A stretch of 64,000 nt of DNA from Candidatus Effluviviaceae Genus V sp. (GCA_014728125.1 WJMD01000097.1:2833-66832); one strand, 5' to 3'; numbered from the stretch's first letter, positions 54,265 to 64,000 are shown. Notes: generated from the sequence alone by a model not told the origin. Translations and numbers: made by a program.

Positions 54265-55020
54265 ATGGTTGGAACCGTCATACTCATACTGGTCGTGCTC
54301 GTCCTGCTCGCGAAGTCGGTCTACGTGCTTCGCGAGTACGAGCGCGGCGTCGTCTTCCGGCTCGGCCGGTTCACCGGCGTCAGGGGCCCGGGCTTCATCC
54401 TCATTATCCCGTTCATCGACCGACTCGTCCGCGTGGGGCTTCGGATCATCGCCATGGACGTCCCGCCGCAGGATGTGGTGACGAGGGACAACGTCTCCGT
54501 CAAGGTGAATGCGGTCGTCTACTACCGGGTGTTCGAGCCGAATCTCGCCATCATCGAGGTCGAGGATTTCGACTACGCGACCTCCCAGCTCTCGCAGACG
54601 ACGCTTCGAAGCGTGATCGGTTCTGTAGAGCTCGACGAGCTATTGTCCGAGCGGGACAAGATCAACCAGGAGCTGCAGTCGATCCTCGACAAGCAGACCG
54701 ACAGCTGGGGCATCAAGGTCTCGGCGGTCGAGGTCAAGCACGTCGACCTGCCCGAGGGCATGCAGCGCGCCATCGCCCGCCAGGCCGAGGCCGAGCGCGA
54801 GCGCCGCGCAAAGATCATCCACGCCGAGGGCGAGCTCCAGGCTTCAGAGAAGCTCTCTCAGGCCGCGACGGTCCTCGCCAAGGAGCCGTCCTCGATGCAG
54901 CTCCGTTTCCTGTCGACATTGACCGAGATCTCGGCCGAGAAGAATTCGACGATCATCTTCCCCGTGCCGATCGATCTGGTCGAGGCGTTCATGAAGAGAT
55001 TCAGACCGAACGAGTCCTGA
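54265..55020 (+). CDS. SPFH/band-7 stomatin-like protein
   Basis: [12 protein letters not shown]...[13 protein letters not shown]...[31 protein letters not shown] is present. Confidence 0.9.
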   Translation: MVGTVILILVVLVLLAKSVYVLREYERGVVFRLGRFTGVRGPGFILIIPFIDRLVRVGLRIIAMDVPPQDVVTRDNVSVKVNAVVYYRVFEPNLAIIEVEDFDYATSQLSQTTLRSVIGSVELDELLSERDKINQELQSILDKQTDSWGIKVSAVEVKHVDLPEGMQRAIARQAEAERERRAKIIHAEGELQASEKLSQAATVLAKEPSSMQLRFLSTLTEISAEKNSTIIFPVPIDLVEAFMKRFRPNES

Positions 55021-55087
55021 CCTCTCTACGAAGGGGGAGAACGACACATCGGCCGGGCGGCGCGCCGCCCGGCCGAGCGTCGAGACC

Positions 55088-56755
55088 ATGCGCTATCAGG
55101 GAGAACGCTACATCTGGGAGCACGAGGAGCCTGACGCCGCCACGGTCGAGCGGGTCGCCCGGGCGGCCGGGGTCTCCGGGATCCTCGCCCGCGTGCTCGC
55201 TTCCCGCGGTATCGAGACCGGCGAGGCGGCCGAGGCGATGCTCGACCCGGGAAGGAACAGACTGCCTCACCCTCACCTCCTTCCGGACGCCGACCGCGCC
55301 GTCGAACGCGTGCGGCGGGCGCTCCTCGGAAGGGAACGCATCTGCGTGCACGGCCACGACGACGCCGACGGCGTCACGGCCACGACGATCGTGACGGAGG
55401 CGCTGGCGCAGCTCGGAGCCGAGGCGCTGACCTACATCCCCGACCGCCGGACCGAGGGTCACGGACTGAACCGGGCGGAGATCGACGGACTGAAGACCGA
55501 GGGCGTCAGGCTCATCGTCACGGTCGACAGCTGCGTCAGCGATGTCCGTGAGATCGAGTACGCCCGGTCGGTCGGCATCGACGTCGTCGTCACCGACCAT
55601 CACGAGATCCCTCCGACGCTCCCGCCGGCGGCCGCCATCGTCAACCCGAAGCTCGAGCACGGCGCCTACCCCTACAGGTTGATGGCCGGGGCCGGCGTCG
55701 CGCTGCGCTTCGCGGAGCTTCTCACGGACGAGCTGGGCGGCACGTTTCCACCCCTGCCGGCCGGGGCGCCGTGGTACGGACCCGGATGGCTCGACGAGGC
55801 GTTCGCCGTGGCGACGATCGGTACGATCGCGGACAAGGTCCCCCTGACGGGGGACAACCGCTCGATCGTTGCGGAGGGGCTCGATGCGATGGCCGCGTCT
55901 GCGAGGCCGGCCATCCGGGCCATGCTCGATGACGCGGGGCTCGGCGGGAAGAGGATCGAGGTCGGCGACGTGCGGGAGTCGGTGGCGCCGCTCTTCGGCA
56001 GGGTCTCCGACGGTTCGGGCGGCAACCCCGCGCTCGACCTCATGCTCGAGCGGGACGGAGACAGGGCGCTCATTCTGGTCGCCCGACTCGGGGCCCGACG
56101 TGACGAGTGGCGACGGAAGGCGCAGACGGCCTGGCGGGAAGCATCGAAGGCCCTCGACTCCCCGGGCGACGAGCGGGTCGTCGTCACGGAGCTCGACGCG
56201 CCGGTCGAGGTTCTCGGCTACGTCACCTCGCGACTGGCCGACGAGATGGGTCGGCCCGCGTTCGTTCTCTCCCGCACGTCCGGGGGGTTCATGGCCGAGG
56301 CCCGCGGACCGGAGGGGTTCGACCTGGTGTCGGCGCTCCGGTCGATGGACGGGCTCTTCGAGGGGTACGGGGGGCATCCCCGCGCGGCCGGGTTCACCAT
56401 CTCGGCCGACCGGGTTGAGCGCTTCCGCGAGGGGCTGGCACGGTACGTGGAGGAACACCCTCCGACCCCGACGCCGCGGCGCTTCGATGCGTACGTGGAC
56501 CTCGGCGACGTCTCCCTCGAACTGGCCGGCGAGCTGGACCGCATGAAGCCGTTCGGCCACGGGCACTGGCCGGCCGCGCTCTACGCGCGAGTGGTCAGGC
56601 GCGACGACGTCGAGGCCGTGAGAGAGCGCGGCGTCCGGTTCGCAACGCCGCCGCCCGTATCGAAAGCGCCGGTCGGACTCGTCTACCGCCTCCGCGAGAC
56701 CGGAGGCGTCCCGAGCCTCAGCGTGATCGACACGGTACGGACGTCGTCCGACTGA
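55088..56755 (+). CDS. recJ: single-stranded-DNA-specific exonuclease RecJ
   Basis: The DHH motifs are ICVHGHDDADGVTA and IVTVDSCVSDV...VVVTDHHE. A DHHA1 region (GGHPRAAG) is also present. Confidence 0.85.
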   Translation: MRYQGERYIWEHEEPDAATVERVARAAGVSGILARVLASRGIETGEAAEAMLDPGRNRLPHPHLLPDADRAVERVRRALLGRERICVHGHDDADGVTATTIVTEALAQLGAEALTYIPDRRTEGHGLNRAEIDGLKTEGVRLIVTVDSCVSDVREIEYARSVGIDVVVTDHHEIPPTLPPAAAIVNPKLEHGAYPYRLMAGAGVALRFAELLTDELGGTFPPLPAGAPWYGPGWLDEAFAVATIGTIADKVPLTGDNRSIVAEGLDAMAASARPAIRAMLDDAGLGGKRIEVGDVRESVAPLFGRVSDGSGGNPALDLMLERDGDRALILVARLGARRDEWRRKAQTAWREASKALDSPGDERVVVTELDAPVEVLGYVTSRLADEMGRPAFVLSRTSGGFMAEARGPEGFDLVSALRSMDGLFEGYGGHPRAAGFTISADRVERFREGLARYVEEHPPTPTPRRFDAYVDLGDVSLELAGELDRMKPFGHGHWPAALYARVVRRDDVEAVRERGVRFATPPPVSKAPVGLVYRLRETGGVPSLSVIDTVRTSSD

Positions 56756-56773
56756 TCGGGAGGCGGTGAGCAC

Positions 56774-57463
56774 ATGGCGGATCGGCCTGGAACGGGCACG
56801 CTCTATCTGGTGGCGACTCCGATAGGCAACCTCGGGGACGTGACCCGGAGAGCGCTCGACATCCTGGGCACGGTCGACTCGATCGCCTGCGAGGACACGA
56901 GGCGCACCCGGAAGCTCCTGTCACACTACGACATCGATACGAAGCTCACGGCCTACCACGACCACAACGAAGAGAGGGCCTCGCGCGGGATCGTCGAGCG
57001 TCTGCGCGAAGGGAAGGACGTCGCCCTCGTCACCGACTCGGGGACACCCCTCATTTCCGACCCGGGTTACCGCCTGGTCTCGATGGCCGTCGAGGAGGGC
57101 CTCGACGTGGTTCCCGTTCCGGGCCCGTCGGCCGTCGTCGCGGCGCTCTCCGCGGCGGGGCTTCCGCCGCATCCGTTCCTGTTCGCGGGCTTTCTCCCCA
57201 GGAAATCGGGGGCACGGAGACGCCGCATCGAAGAGCTGGGCGCCGTGCACGCCACCCTCGTTCTCTATGAGTCTCCGCACAGGATCGCCGCGGCGCTCGC
57301 CGACCTCGCCGACGTTCTGGGCGATCGGCGCGGGGCCGTCCTGAGGGAGCTCACGAAGGTCCACGAGGAGATCCTGCGCGGTACGCTCCCGGAACTGGCG
57401 GATGAGGTTTCCCGGCGTCGGCTCAAGGGAGAGATCGTCATCGTCATCGGCCCCGGCGCCTGA
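56774..57463 (+). CDS. rsmI: 16S rRNA (cytidine1402-2'-O)-methyltransferase
   Basis: GTLYLVATPIGNLGDVTRRALDIL...ACEDTR...VALVTDSGTPLISDPG is the tetrapyrrole-methylase-fold RsmI signature. Confidence 0.85.
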   Translation: MADRPGTGTLYLVATPIGNLGDVTRRALDILGTVDSIACEDTRRTRKLLSHYDIDTKLTAYHDHNEERASRGIVERLREGKDVALVTDSGTPLISDPGYRLVSMAVEEGLDVVPVPGPSAVVAALSAAGLPPHPFLFAGFLPRKSGARRRRIEELGAVHATLVLYESPHRIAAALADLADVLGDRRGAVLRELTKVHEEILRGTLPELADEVSRRRLKGEIVIVIGPGA

Positions 57464-57482
57464 GCGTCCGGAGGGGGGCGGA

Positions 57483-58559
57483 GTGAGCGTCCTGAGCGTG
57501 GTTGTGGCCCTGGTGCTGGCCGTAACGCCGGCTGAGGAGCGGGAACTCGATCGGATCGCCACGCTGGGCTACGTGGCGGGCTCGGTTCCCGCCGTCGATA
57601 CGACCGGCGTGCTGGTGCGCGAGCCGGACCGAATGGCTTCAGGCCTGACGCTCTACACGCCCTCGGCGGGTCCGGAGGCGCTCCTCATCGACTCGGAGGG
57701 CAGGACCGTTCACCGCTGGAGCCTGCGCGGCTCGTCGTACTGGGCCAGGGTCAGGATGATGGACGACGGTTCGCTCCTCGTCATCACGTGTGACCCGGCG
57801 CGGCTCATGAAGATCGACCACACCTCGGAGAGGCTCTGGCGCGCCTCGGGGACCGCCCACCACGATCTCGACGTCGACTCGGAAGGCAGGATCTACGTCC
57901 TCATGCGGGAGGCCGTGACGCGGGACGGCATCCACGACGGCGGTAACATCCTCGACGACGAGATCGCGATCCTCGACCAGTATGGCAAGGGTCTGGGGAC
58001 GGTGTCGATACTTGACGCGTTCCGTGCGTCCGACAGGTACGCCTCGTGGGTCTCCGACGACGCCCTGCCCGAGGGACCGGACATCCTCCACACGAACTCG
58101 ATCGAGGTCTACGAACGGGACGGTCGGAGAGAGGCTCTGGTGTCGATCAGGAGCATCGGAACGATAGCCCTCATCGACCTCGACGGGGGCGGTCTCGTCT
58201 GGGCCCTGCGTGGAGCGTGGCGGATGCAGCACGAAGCGCACTTCGTCTCGGACCGCATCCTGCTCTTCGACAACCTCGGACTCGGTGACGACCGGTCGCG
58301 GGTCATCGAGGTCGACCCCGCGAGCGGGGAGATCCTCTGGGAGTGGACCGAGCCGGGCTTCTTCTCACGGGGAGCGGGAGCGGTCCAGAGGCTCTCGAAC
58401 GGCAACACGCTCATCACGGAGTCGGAGAACGGCCGGATCATCGAGATCGACCCATCCGGCTCGGTCGTCTGGGAGTATCTCAATCCGGTGACGATCGACC
58501 GGGGCCGGACGCTCACTCTGGGGATCATGCGCGCCGAGCGCATCGAGCAGAGTCCCTAG
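57483..58559 (+). CDS. arylsulfotransferase (ASST)-like beta-propeller protein
   Basis: GTG 57483 follows GGAGGGGGG, and the signal/anchor is VSVLSVVVALVLAV. Repeated propeller blades are present, with HHDLDVDSEGRIYVL, ILHTNSIEVYERDG and NGNTLITESENGRIIEID. Confidence 0.55.
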   Translation: MSVLSVVVALVLAVTPAEERELDRIATLGYVAGSVPAVDTTGVLVREPDRMASGLTLYTPSAGPEALLIDSEGRTVHRWSLRGSSYWARVRMMDDGSLLVITCDPARLMKIDHTSERLWRASGTAHHDLDVDSEGRIYVLMREAVTRDGIHDGGNILDDEIAILDQYGKGLGTVSILDAFRASDRYASWVSDDALPEGPDILHTNSIEVYERDGRREALVSIRSIGTIALIDLDGGGLVWALRGAWRMQHEAHFVSDRILLFDNLGLGDDRSRVIEVDPASGEILWEWTEPGFFSRGAGAVQRLSNGNTLITESENGRIIEIDPSGSVVWEYLNPVTIDRGRTLTLGIMRAERIEQSP

Positions 58560-58654
58560 GCCGCGGCCGCCTGCTTGACACCTCTTTCGCGGCGGTGCTA
58601 GACTGCGCCGTTCGGCAGACACCTCGTCGGAAGGAACCCGGGGCTTCAGTTCCC

Positions 58655-59263
58655 ATGGCTGTGAAGGGCATCAAGGCACGGGCCCGTTCCGTGCTCGATC
58701 CGGTGGCTCGATTCGCGGCCGACGTCGGGGTGACGCCCGCGGGGCTGACGCTGGCCGGACTGGCGTTGTCCGGTCTGGCGGGGTTCAGCATCGCCCACGG
58801 CAGGTTCCCTGTCGCGGGCGTGCTGCTCGTGCTGGCCGGTGTCTGCGACATGCTCGACGGTGCGGTAGCGCGCCTGTCGAACCGGACGAGCGACGAAGGT
58901 GCCTTCCTCGACTCGACGGTCGACAGGTATGCCGAGGCCGTGGTGCTCCTCGGGGCGCTTCACTACTACCTCTTCCGGTCCGCGACCGCCCCTGAGACCG
59001 CGACGGCGATCGCGATCTTCCTGGCGTTCTGGGGCTCTTTGCTCGTGAGCTACACGCGGGCGCGGGCCGAGGGGCTCGGGAGGAGCTGCACCGTCGGAAT
59101 AGCCGAGAGACCCGAGCGTGTCGTGCTGCTGATCGTCGGGGCGCTCCTGGGTTCCGGCGTCATGCGGATCGTGTTGTGGGTCCTGGTCGTTCTCACCCAC
59201 CTCACGGCGCTCCAGCGTATCCTCCATGTTCTCTATGCGGGCGGAGGGCGGCCGCGCTCCTAG
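58655..59263 (+). CDS. CDP-alcohol phosphatidyltransferase (probable phosphatidylinositol-phosphate synthase-type)
   Basis: The D-G-x2-A-R...G...D-x3-D motif appears as CDMLDGAVARLSN...GAFLDSTVDRYAE. The protein is 202 aa with several TM helices. Confidence 0.75.
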   Translation: MAVKGIKARARSVLDPVARFAADVGVTPAGLTLAGLALSGLAGFSIAHGRFPVAGVLLVLAGVCDMLDGAVARLSNRTSDEGAFLDSTVDRYAEAVVLLGALHYYLFRSATAPETATAIAIFLAFWGSLLVSYTRARAEGLGRSCTVGIAERPERVVLLIVGALLGSGVMRIVLWVLVVLTHLTALQRILHVLYAGGGRPRS

Positions 59264-59296
59264 CGTAGCCCCCGTGCCCGGGGAGACGGACAACTT

Positions 59297-60466
59297 ATGT
59301 CGAAGAACAAGGTACGTGTCGCGATCATAGGCATCGGCAACTGCGCATCGTCGCTGGTCCAGGGCGTCCAGTACTACAAGGACGCTCCCGAGGACGCCTT
59401 CGTGCCCGGTCTCATGCATGTCAACCTGGGCGGCTATCACGTGGGCGACGTCGAGTTCTCGGCGGCGATCGACATCGACAGGAACAAGGTCGGTAAGGAC
59501 CTCTCCGAGGCCATCTTCATCGAGCCCAACAACACCTACAGGTTCTCCGACGTTCCGAAGCTCGATGTTCCGGTCGTACGCGGCATGACCCACGACGGTC
59601 TCGGCAAGTACCTCTCCGAGATCATCGAGAAGGCGCCCGGGCCGACGGACGACATCACGGGCATTCTGAAGGAAACGAAGACGGACGTCGTCGTCAACTT
59701 CCTGCCGGTCGGCAGCGAGGAGGCGACGAAGTGGTACGTGGAGCAGATCCTCGATGCCGGATGCGGCTTCGTGAACGGCATCCCCGTCTTCATCGCGCGG
59801 GAGCGGTACTGGCAGCAGCGCTTCGAAAAGAAGGGCCTGCCCGTCATGGGAGACGACATCAAGTCTCAGGTCGGCGCGACGATCGTCCACCGGGTCCTGA
59901 CGCGGCTCTTCCGCGACCGCGGCGTCAGGCTCGAGAGAACGAGCCAGCTCAACGTGGGCGGCAACACGGACTTTCTGAACATGCTCGAGCGGTCCCGGCT
60001 CGAGTCGAAGAAGATCTCGAAGACCGGCGCCGTCACCTCGCAGCTCGACTACGACATCGGCAAGGGCAACGTCCACATCGGTCCCTCGGACTACGTCGAG
60101 TGGCTCTCCGACCGGAAGTGGGCCTATGTGCGGATGGAGGGACGGACGTTCGGCGACGTGCCGCTCAACGCCGAACTCAAGCTCGAGGTCTGGGATTCGC
60201 CGAACTCGGCCGGCGTCATGATCGACGCCGTCAGGTGCATGAAGCTTGCGATGAACCACGGGCTCTCGGGCGCAATAGCGGCGCCGTCCTCGTACTTCTT
60301 CAAATCTCCTCCAGTGCAGTACACGGACGACGAAGCCCGGCACCTGACCGAGCGCTTCATCGAGGAGCACGCTCTCGACGCCGGCAGGGAGACCGACGCC
60401 GGGATCGGGTCCGACGGGGAATCCGGACCGCAGGAGGAGCTGATCAAGGAGCCGTCCGGTTCCTGA
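59297..60466 (+). CDS. ino1: myo-inositol-1-phosphate synthase (bacterial/archaeal type)
   Basis: A Rossmann motif [18 protein letters not shown] is present. The MIPS core motifs are [19 protein letters not shown] and SYFFKSPP. The protein is 389 aa. Confidence 0.8.
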   Translation: MSKNKVRVAIIGIGNCASSLVQGVQYYKDAPEDAFVPGLMHVNLGGYHVGDVEFSAAIDIDRNKVGKDLSEAIFIEPNNTYRFSDVPKLDVPVVRGMTHDGLGKYLSEIIEKAPGPTDDITGILKETKTDVVVNFLPVGSEEATKWYVEQILDAGCGFVNGIPVFIARERYWQQRFEKKGLPVMGDDIKSQVGATIVHRVLTRLFRDRGVRLERTSQLNVGGNTDFLNMLERSRLESKKISKTGAVTSQLDYDIGKGNVHIGPSDYVEWLSDRKWAYVRMEGRTFGDVPLNAELKLEVWDSPNSAGVMIDAVRCMKLAMNHGLSGAIAAPSSYFFKSPPVQYTDDEARHLTERFIEEHALDAGRETDAGIGSDGESGPQEELIKEPSGS

Positions 60467-60539
60467 GCGTCCCGGCGGGACGCGACGGCGGACTGTCGGG
60501 CCGGGCGACGCCCGGCCCGCTCGCTGGAACGGAGCGCGC

Positions 60540-61205
60540 ATGTCGGCGTGGAGCGGTCTCTTCATAACCTTTGAGGGCGTTGAGGGGTCCGGCAAGTCGA
60601 CCCAGGCGGACGCTCTCGCTCGCTCGCTTTCGGAGTTCGGGCTCGAGGTCGTGCGCTCCAGAGAGCCCGGCGGCACGCCGCTCGGCGAGCGGATCCGCGA
60701 GATACTGCTCGACCGGTCGGTGTCCGGGATGGAGCCCAGGGCGGAGCTCATGCTCTTCCTGGCGTCCCGGGCCGAGCATGTCGAGAGGCTGGTCCTGCCG
60801 GCCCTGAGGCGCGGGGCGGTCGTGATCTCGGATCGGTACGCCGACGCGAGCGTCGCCTATCAGGGTGGTGGACGGGAACTTGGTACCGATCTCGTCGAAC
60901 GGTTGAACGAAACGGCCACGGGCGGCGTCCAACCGGATGTGACCTTTCTCATCGACGTCACCCCCGAGGCGGGTCAACGACGGAAGTCGCGCGACCCGCA
61001 CGCTCCCGACCGCATCGAGGAGGAGACCCTCGCGTTTCACGAGCGGGTCAGGAACGCCTACCTCGGGCTGGCGTCGCGCGAGCCCTCACGCTTCGTCATC
61101 GTGAACGGCGAGCGCGACCGCGATGAAATTGCCGACGAGATCCTGGCGCGGACGCGGGATCTCATGAAGACGCGGCGCACCGGCCGCGGGGAAGGAAGGA
61201 CATGA
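60540..61205 (+). CDS. tmk: thymidylate kinase
   Basis: FITFEGVEGSGKSTQ and DRY are present, with a lid region and the Tmk C-terminus. Confidence 0.85.
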   Translation: MSAWSGLFITFEGVEGSGKSTQADALARSLSEFGLEVVRSREPGGTPLGERIREILLDRSVSGMEPRAELMLFLASRAEHVERLVLPALRRGAVVISDRYADASVAYQGGGRELGTDLVERLNETATGGVQPDVTFLIDVTPEAGQRRKSRDPHAPDRIEEETLAFHERVRNAYLGLASREPSRFVIVNGERDRDEIADEILARTRDLMKTRRTGRGEGRT

Positions 61206-62779
61206 CACGGCGACTCAGACGACACGGCCTCGTCCTTGTTGCTCTCTGCGTGGGGTTCCTGCTGGGCGGTCTGACCGTCGGGACCGTCAGCGCGCGCCGG
61301 GAGCTGCTGTCGTATCTCGACCTCTTCAACGACGCGCTGGCGAAGGTCGAGGGAACGTACGTCGAGGAGGTCGATTCTCAGCAGATCATGTACGGCGCCA
61401 TCCGCGGAATGCTCTCGTCCCTGGACCCGTATTCGATGTTCCTCGATGAGGAGTCGTTCGAGGAGTTTCAGGTGACGACCGAGGGCGAGTTCGGCGGACT
61501 CGGCATACAGATCACGGTGAGGGACGGCGTGCTCACGGTCGTCAGTCCGATCGAGGGAACGCCCGCCTACGACCTCGGGATCCTGTCCGGCGACCGCATC
61601 ATCGCCATAGAGGAGGAGTCGACCCGCGGGATCACGGTCGACGAGGCGATCGAGAAGCTCCGCGGCGAGCCGGGGACCGACGTGGACATCACCATCAGAC
61701 GCGAGGGCGTCGAGGAGCCTCTGGACTACACGGTGACGCGCGAGATCATCAGGATCGACAGCGTACCGTACGCCTTCATGATGGACGACGGCGTGGGCTA
61801 CGTCCGCATTTCGCGGTTCTCGAGGACGACGGCGGAGGAACTCCGGGAGAGTCTCGGTCAGCTCCGCGACCAGGGCATGGAGCGGCTCGTGCTCGATCTC
61901 AGATCGAATCCCGGCGGGCTCCTGTCCCAGGCGGTCGACGTCACCGACGTCTTCCTGGAGACCGGAGAGCTCATCGTGAGCACGAAGGGCCGCATCAGCG
62001 AACAGAACCAGGAGTTCCACGCGCGCACCCCCGCCATGTTCGATCGAGGATTCCCGATCGTCGTGCTGATCAACGGCGGCAGCGCGAGCGCGTCCGAGAT
62101 TCTCGCCGGCGCCATCCAGGACTGGGACCGCGGTCTGGTCGTCGGCACGACGAGTTTCGGCAAGGGCTCAGTGCAGACGTTGATGCGTCTGAGACCTCTC
62201 ACCAAGGGCTGCGCGATGAAGATCACGACGGCCAAGTGGTACATCGCGAGCGGCCGGGCCATCGAGAAGCCCGAGCGCTGGATGGTCGAGGGTGAGGGCG
62301 AGGACGAGGAACCGGAACGCCCCGAGTACCTTACGGCCGCGGGCCGGACCGTTTACGGCGGCGGCGGCGTGACGCCCGATGTCGAGATCGAGTTCGAACG
62401 CCGGGCCGACGTGCTGGTCGACCTCGAGCGCCGGCGCGAGTTCTTCGAGTTCGCCATCGAATACACGGCGGAGCATCCGATCGAGAGCGTCGATTTCGAA
62501 GTGACCGCCCCGATGTGGGATGCATTCATCGATTTCCTCGGCGAGGACGGCTTCGAGTACGACGCGGAGGCGCTCGAGGAGCACCGCGACGAGGTCGAGC
62601 TGGCCATCAAGCGGGACATGATCCGCAAATCGTTCGGCCGCGAGGAGGCGTACGAGGCGGCCGTCAGGGGCGACGACCAGTTGTCGAGGACCGCCGAGCT
62701 GGCCGCCGAGGCCGGCACAGTGGACGACCTCTTCCGCACCGCGGCCGACCTCGCGGAGGCCGAGGTCACCGAGGAGTAG
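61202..62779 (+). CDS. ctpA: carboxyl-terminal processing protease (S41 family)
   Basis: A TM anchor and a PDZ domain (GDRIIAIEEES) are present. The S41 catalytic region is LDLRSNPGGLL...GSASASEILAGA...GKGSVQT. The gene has a 4-nt overlap with tmk. Confidence 0.85.
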   Translation: MTRRLRRHGLVLVALCVGFLLGGLTVGTVSARRELLSYLDLFNDALAKVEGTYVEEVDSQQIMYGAIRGMLSSLDPYSMFLDEESFEEFQVTTEGEFGGLGIQITVRDGVLTVVSPIEGTPAYDLGILSGDRIIAIEEESTRGITVDEAIEKLRGEPGTDVDITIRREGVEEPLDYTVTREIIRIDSVPYAFMMDDGVGYVRISRFSRTTAEELRESLGQLRDQGMERLVLDLRSNPGGLLSQAVDVTDVFLETGELIVSTKGRISEQNQEFHARTPAMFDRGFPIVVLINGGSASASEILAGAIQDWDRGLVVGTTSFGKGSVQTLMRLRPLTKGCAMKITTAKWYIASGRAIEKPERWMVEGEGEDEEPERPEYLTAAGRTVYGGGGVTPDVEIEFERRADVLVDLERRREFFEFAIEYTAEHPIESVDFEVTAPMWDAFIDFLGEDGFEYDAEALEEHRDEVELAIKRDMIRKSFGREEAYEAAVRGDDQLSRTAELAAEAGTVDDLFRTAADLAEAEVTEE

Positions 62780-62863
62780 TCGTTCTCGACCGCTCTGATC
62801 CCGGAACACGCATGCGCCCGCTTCCTTGACCGGAGGAGGCGGGCGCTTCATACTCGCCTGGTC

Positions 62864-63853
62864 ATGATGATCGAATCCGTGCAGATTGAGCCGAACGTCG
62901 TTCTCGCGCCGCTGGCCGGCTACACCGACAGTCCGATGCGCCGCATCGCGCGTTCGATGGGCGCGGGGCTCGTCTGGACCGAGATGGTCAGCGCGGAGGG
63001 CCTCGTTCGGGACAGTCGCAGGTCCATGGACCTGCTCCGCTTCGAACCGGAGGAGCGTCCGATCGCCGCGCAGCTCTTCGGCGCCCGACCCGAGGCGTTC
63101 CGCGGCGCCGCGCGTATGGTCTCTTCGCTCCGACCGGATCTCATCGACATCAACGCGGGGTGTCCCGCCAGGAAGGTCGTGAAGTCCGGCTCGGGCGCGG
63201 CGCTCATGCTCGATACGGGACGCGTGCGCGAGATCGTCGAGGCGACGGTCGAGGGCGCGGGCGACATCCCGGTCACGATCAAGACCCGGAGCGGCTGGTC
63301 GGACGACGAACCCTCCGCCGTCGAGACCGCGCTCGCAGCGGTCGCCGGGGGGGCAAGGGCGGTCGCGGTCCACCCGAGGACCAGGACGCAGGGTTTCAAG
63401 GGGCGGGCGGACTGGTCGGTCATCCGTGCGGTCAACGACGCGGTCGGGGTCCCCGTGATGGGCAGCGGCGATGTAGCGACGCCCGGGGACGCGATACGGA
63501 TGCTGGACGAGACCGGCGCGGCCGCCGTGATGATCGGCCGCGCGGCCGTCGGAAACCCCTGGCTGCTCGAGCGGTCGGCGGCGGCCCTGGCCGGCGAACG
63601 GCCGCCTCCCGAGCCCGACCTCGGCGGGAGGCTCCGTGTGGCGCGCCGTCACTTCACCCTGATGCTTGAATGGAAGGGCCGGCCGAAGGGCGTTTTCGAG
63701 ATGAGGAAGCACTTCGTGGCGTACCTCAGGGGTTTTCCGGGCGTCTCCGATCTCCGGAAGAGGATCGTGCTGATCGACGATCCGGACGAGGTGCTGGCGC
63801 TTCTCGACGACGCCCTTCGGAAGGTCGGCCCGGAAGCCGGAGGGAGTCCATGA
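62864..63853 (+). CDS. dusB: tRNA-dihydrouridine synthase (DusB-like)
   Basis: VLAPLAGYTDSPMRR, AQLFG and IDINAGCPARKVVKSGSGAALM (catalytic Cys) are present in a TIM-barrel Dus pattern. Confidence 0.8.
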   Translation: MMIESVQIEPNVVLAPLAGYTDSPMRRIARSMGAGLVWTEMVSAEGLVRDSRRSMDLLRFEPEERPIAAQLFGARPEAFRGAARMVSSLRPDLIDINAGCPARKVVKSGSGAALMLDTGRVREIVEATVEGAGDIPVTIKTRSGWSDDEPSAVETALAAVAGGARAVAVHPRTRTQGFKGRADWSVIRAVNDAVGVPVMGSGDVATPGDAIRMLDETGAAAVMIGRAAVGNPWLLERSAAALAGERPPPEPDLGGRLRVARRHFTLMLEWKGRPKGVFEMRKHFVAYLRGFPGVSDLRKRIVLIDDPDEVLALLDDALRKVGPEAGGSP

Positions 63854-64000
63854 CTCCGCTACGAGTGAGGACCGCGCTCGTTGCCGCGGCCATCGGGCTG
63901 GCGGCGACCCTCATGCAGGGCTGCGCCGGATACTGGGAGACGAGCGGAAGCGGCGGACGTGCGACCGAGACCGTCGTGCACACGGTCGGCTCGGGAGAGA
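63850..64000 (+). CDS. lipoprotein, 5' partial (truncated by window end)
   Basis: The N-terminus is MTPLRVRTALVAAAIGLAATLMQGCAG, a signal peptide plus lipobox. The gene has a 4-nt overlap with dusB and runs off the window. Confidence 0.4.
   Translation, partial: MTPLRVRTALVAAAIGLAATLMQGCAGYWETSGSGGRATETVVHTVGSGE

Overview
This is a high-GC (about 69-70%), gene-dense bacterial chromosomal window with Gram-negative hallmarks: an LptD-like outer-membrane protein, lipoproteins, and proteins carrying type IX secretion (T9SS) C-terminal sorting domains. About 58 of roughly 63 genes are on the + strand. I recognised no rRNA, tRNA, CRISPR array, transposase or integrase. The window falls into five parts.

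- **0.1-13.8 kb, thiol-redox and secreted-protein cluster.** An ArsR-family regulator, thioredoxin and a TlpA-like lipoprotein sit behind a perfect consensus sigma70 promoter. They are followed by an L,D-transpeptidase, a deoxynucleoside kinase, a second TlpA-like protein with its own perfect promoter, an outer-membrane beta-barrel, and two adjacent genes that share a thioredoxin-like CxxC domain. One of those is a lipoprotein with tandem Ig-like repeats and the other is a T9SS cargo. A T9SS-secreted M14 carboxypeptidase, a DASS-family transporter and a universal stress protein close this part.
- **13.8-18 kb.** A polytopic membrane protein with a C-terminal TPR array (- strand), small hypothetical genes and an MBL-fold hydrolase.
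- **18-37.3 kb, Wzx/Wzy-type polysaccharide island.** It contains a UDP-glucose dehydrogenase, an RmlC-like epimerase, one GT2 and four GT4 glycosyltransferases, a Wzx flippase, Wza, Wzz, a Wzy/O-antigen-ligase-like protein, a WecA-like initiating transferase and an NAD-dependent epimerase/dehydratase. Two AlkP-superfamily enzymes and serS are embedded in it.
- **37.4-47 kb.** A PorY/PorX-like two-component pair (sensor kinase plus receiver-PglZ response regulator) is fused by 4-nt overlaps to tsaE, tsaB, rimI and a purine nucleoside phosphorylase. accD, folC, an orphan MalK-like ABC ATPase and a ROK kinase follow.
- **47-64 kb.** This part carries lptD, hup, a hypothetical gene translationally coupled to a GCS2-family carboxylate-amine ligase, an NfeD/stomatin pair, recJ, rsmI, an arylsulfotransferase-like propeller protein, a CDP-alcohol phosphatidyltransferase next to a myo-inositol-1-phosphate synthase, tmk, ctpA (S41 protease), dusB and a truncated lipoprotein gene at the window edge.

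Many long ORFs on the opposite strand of confident genes are GC-driven antisense artefacts and were rejected. The T9SS sorting domains and the high GC suggest an FCB-group-like lineage such as Gemmatimonadota or a related candidate phylum; this is inference only.
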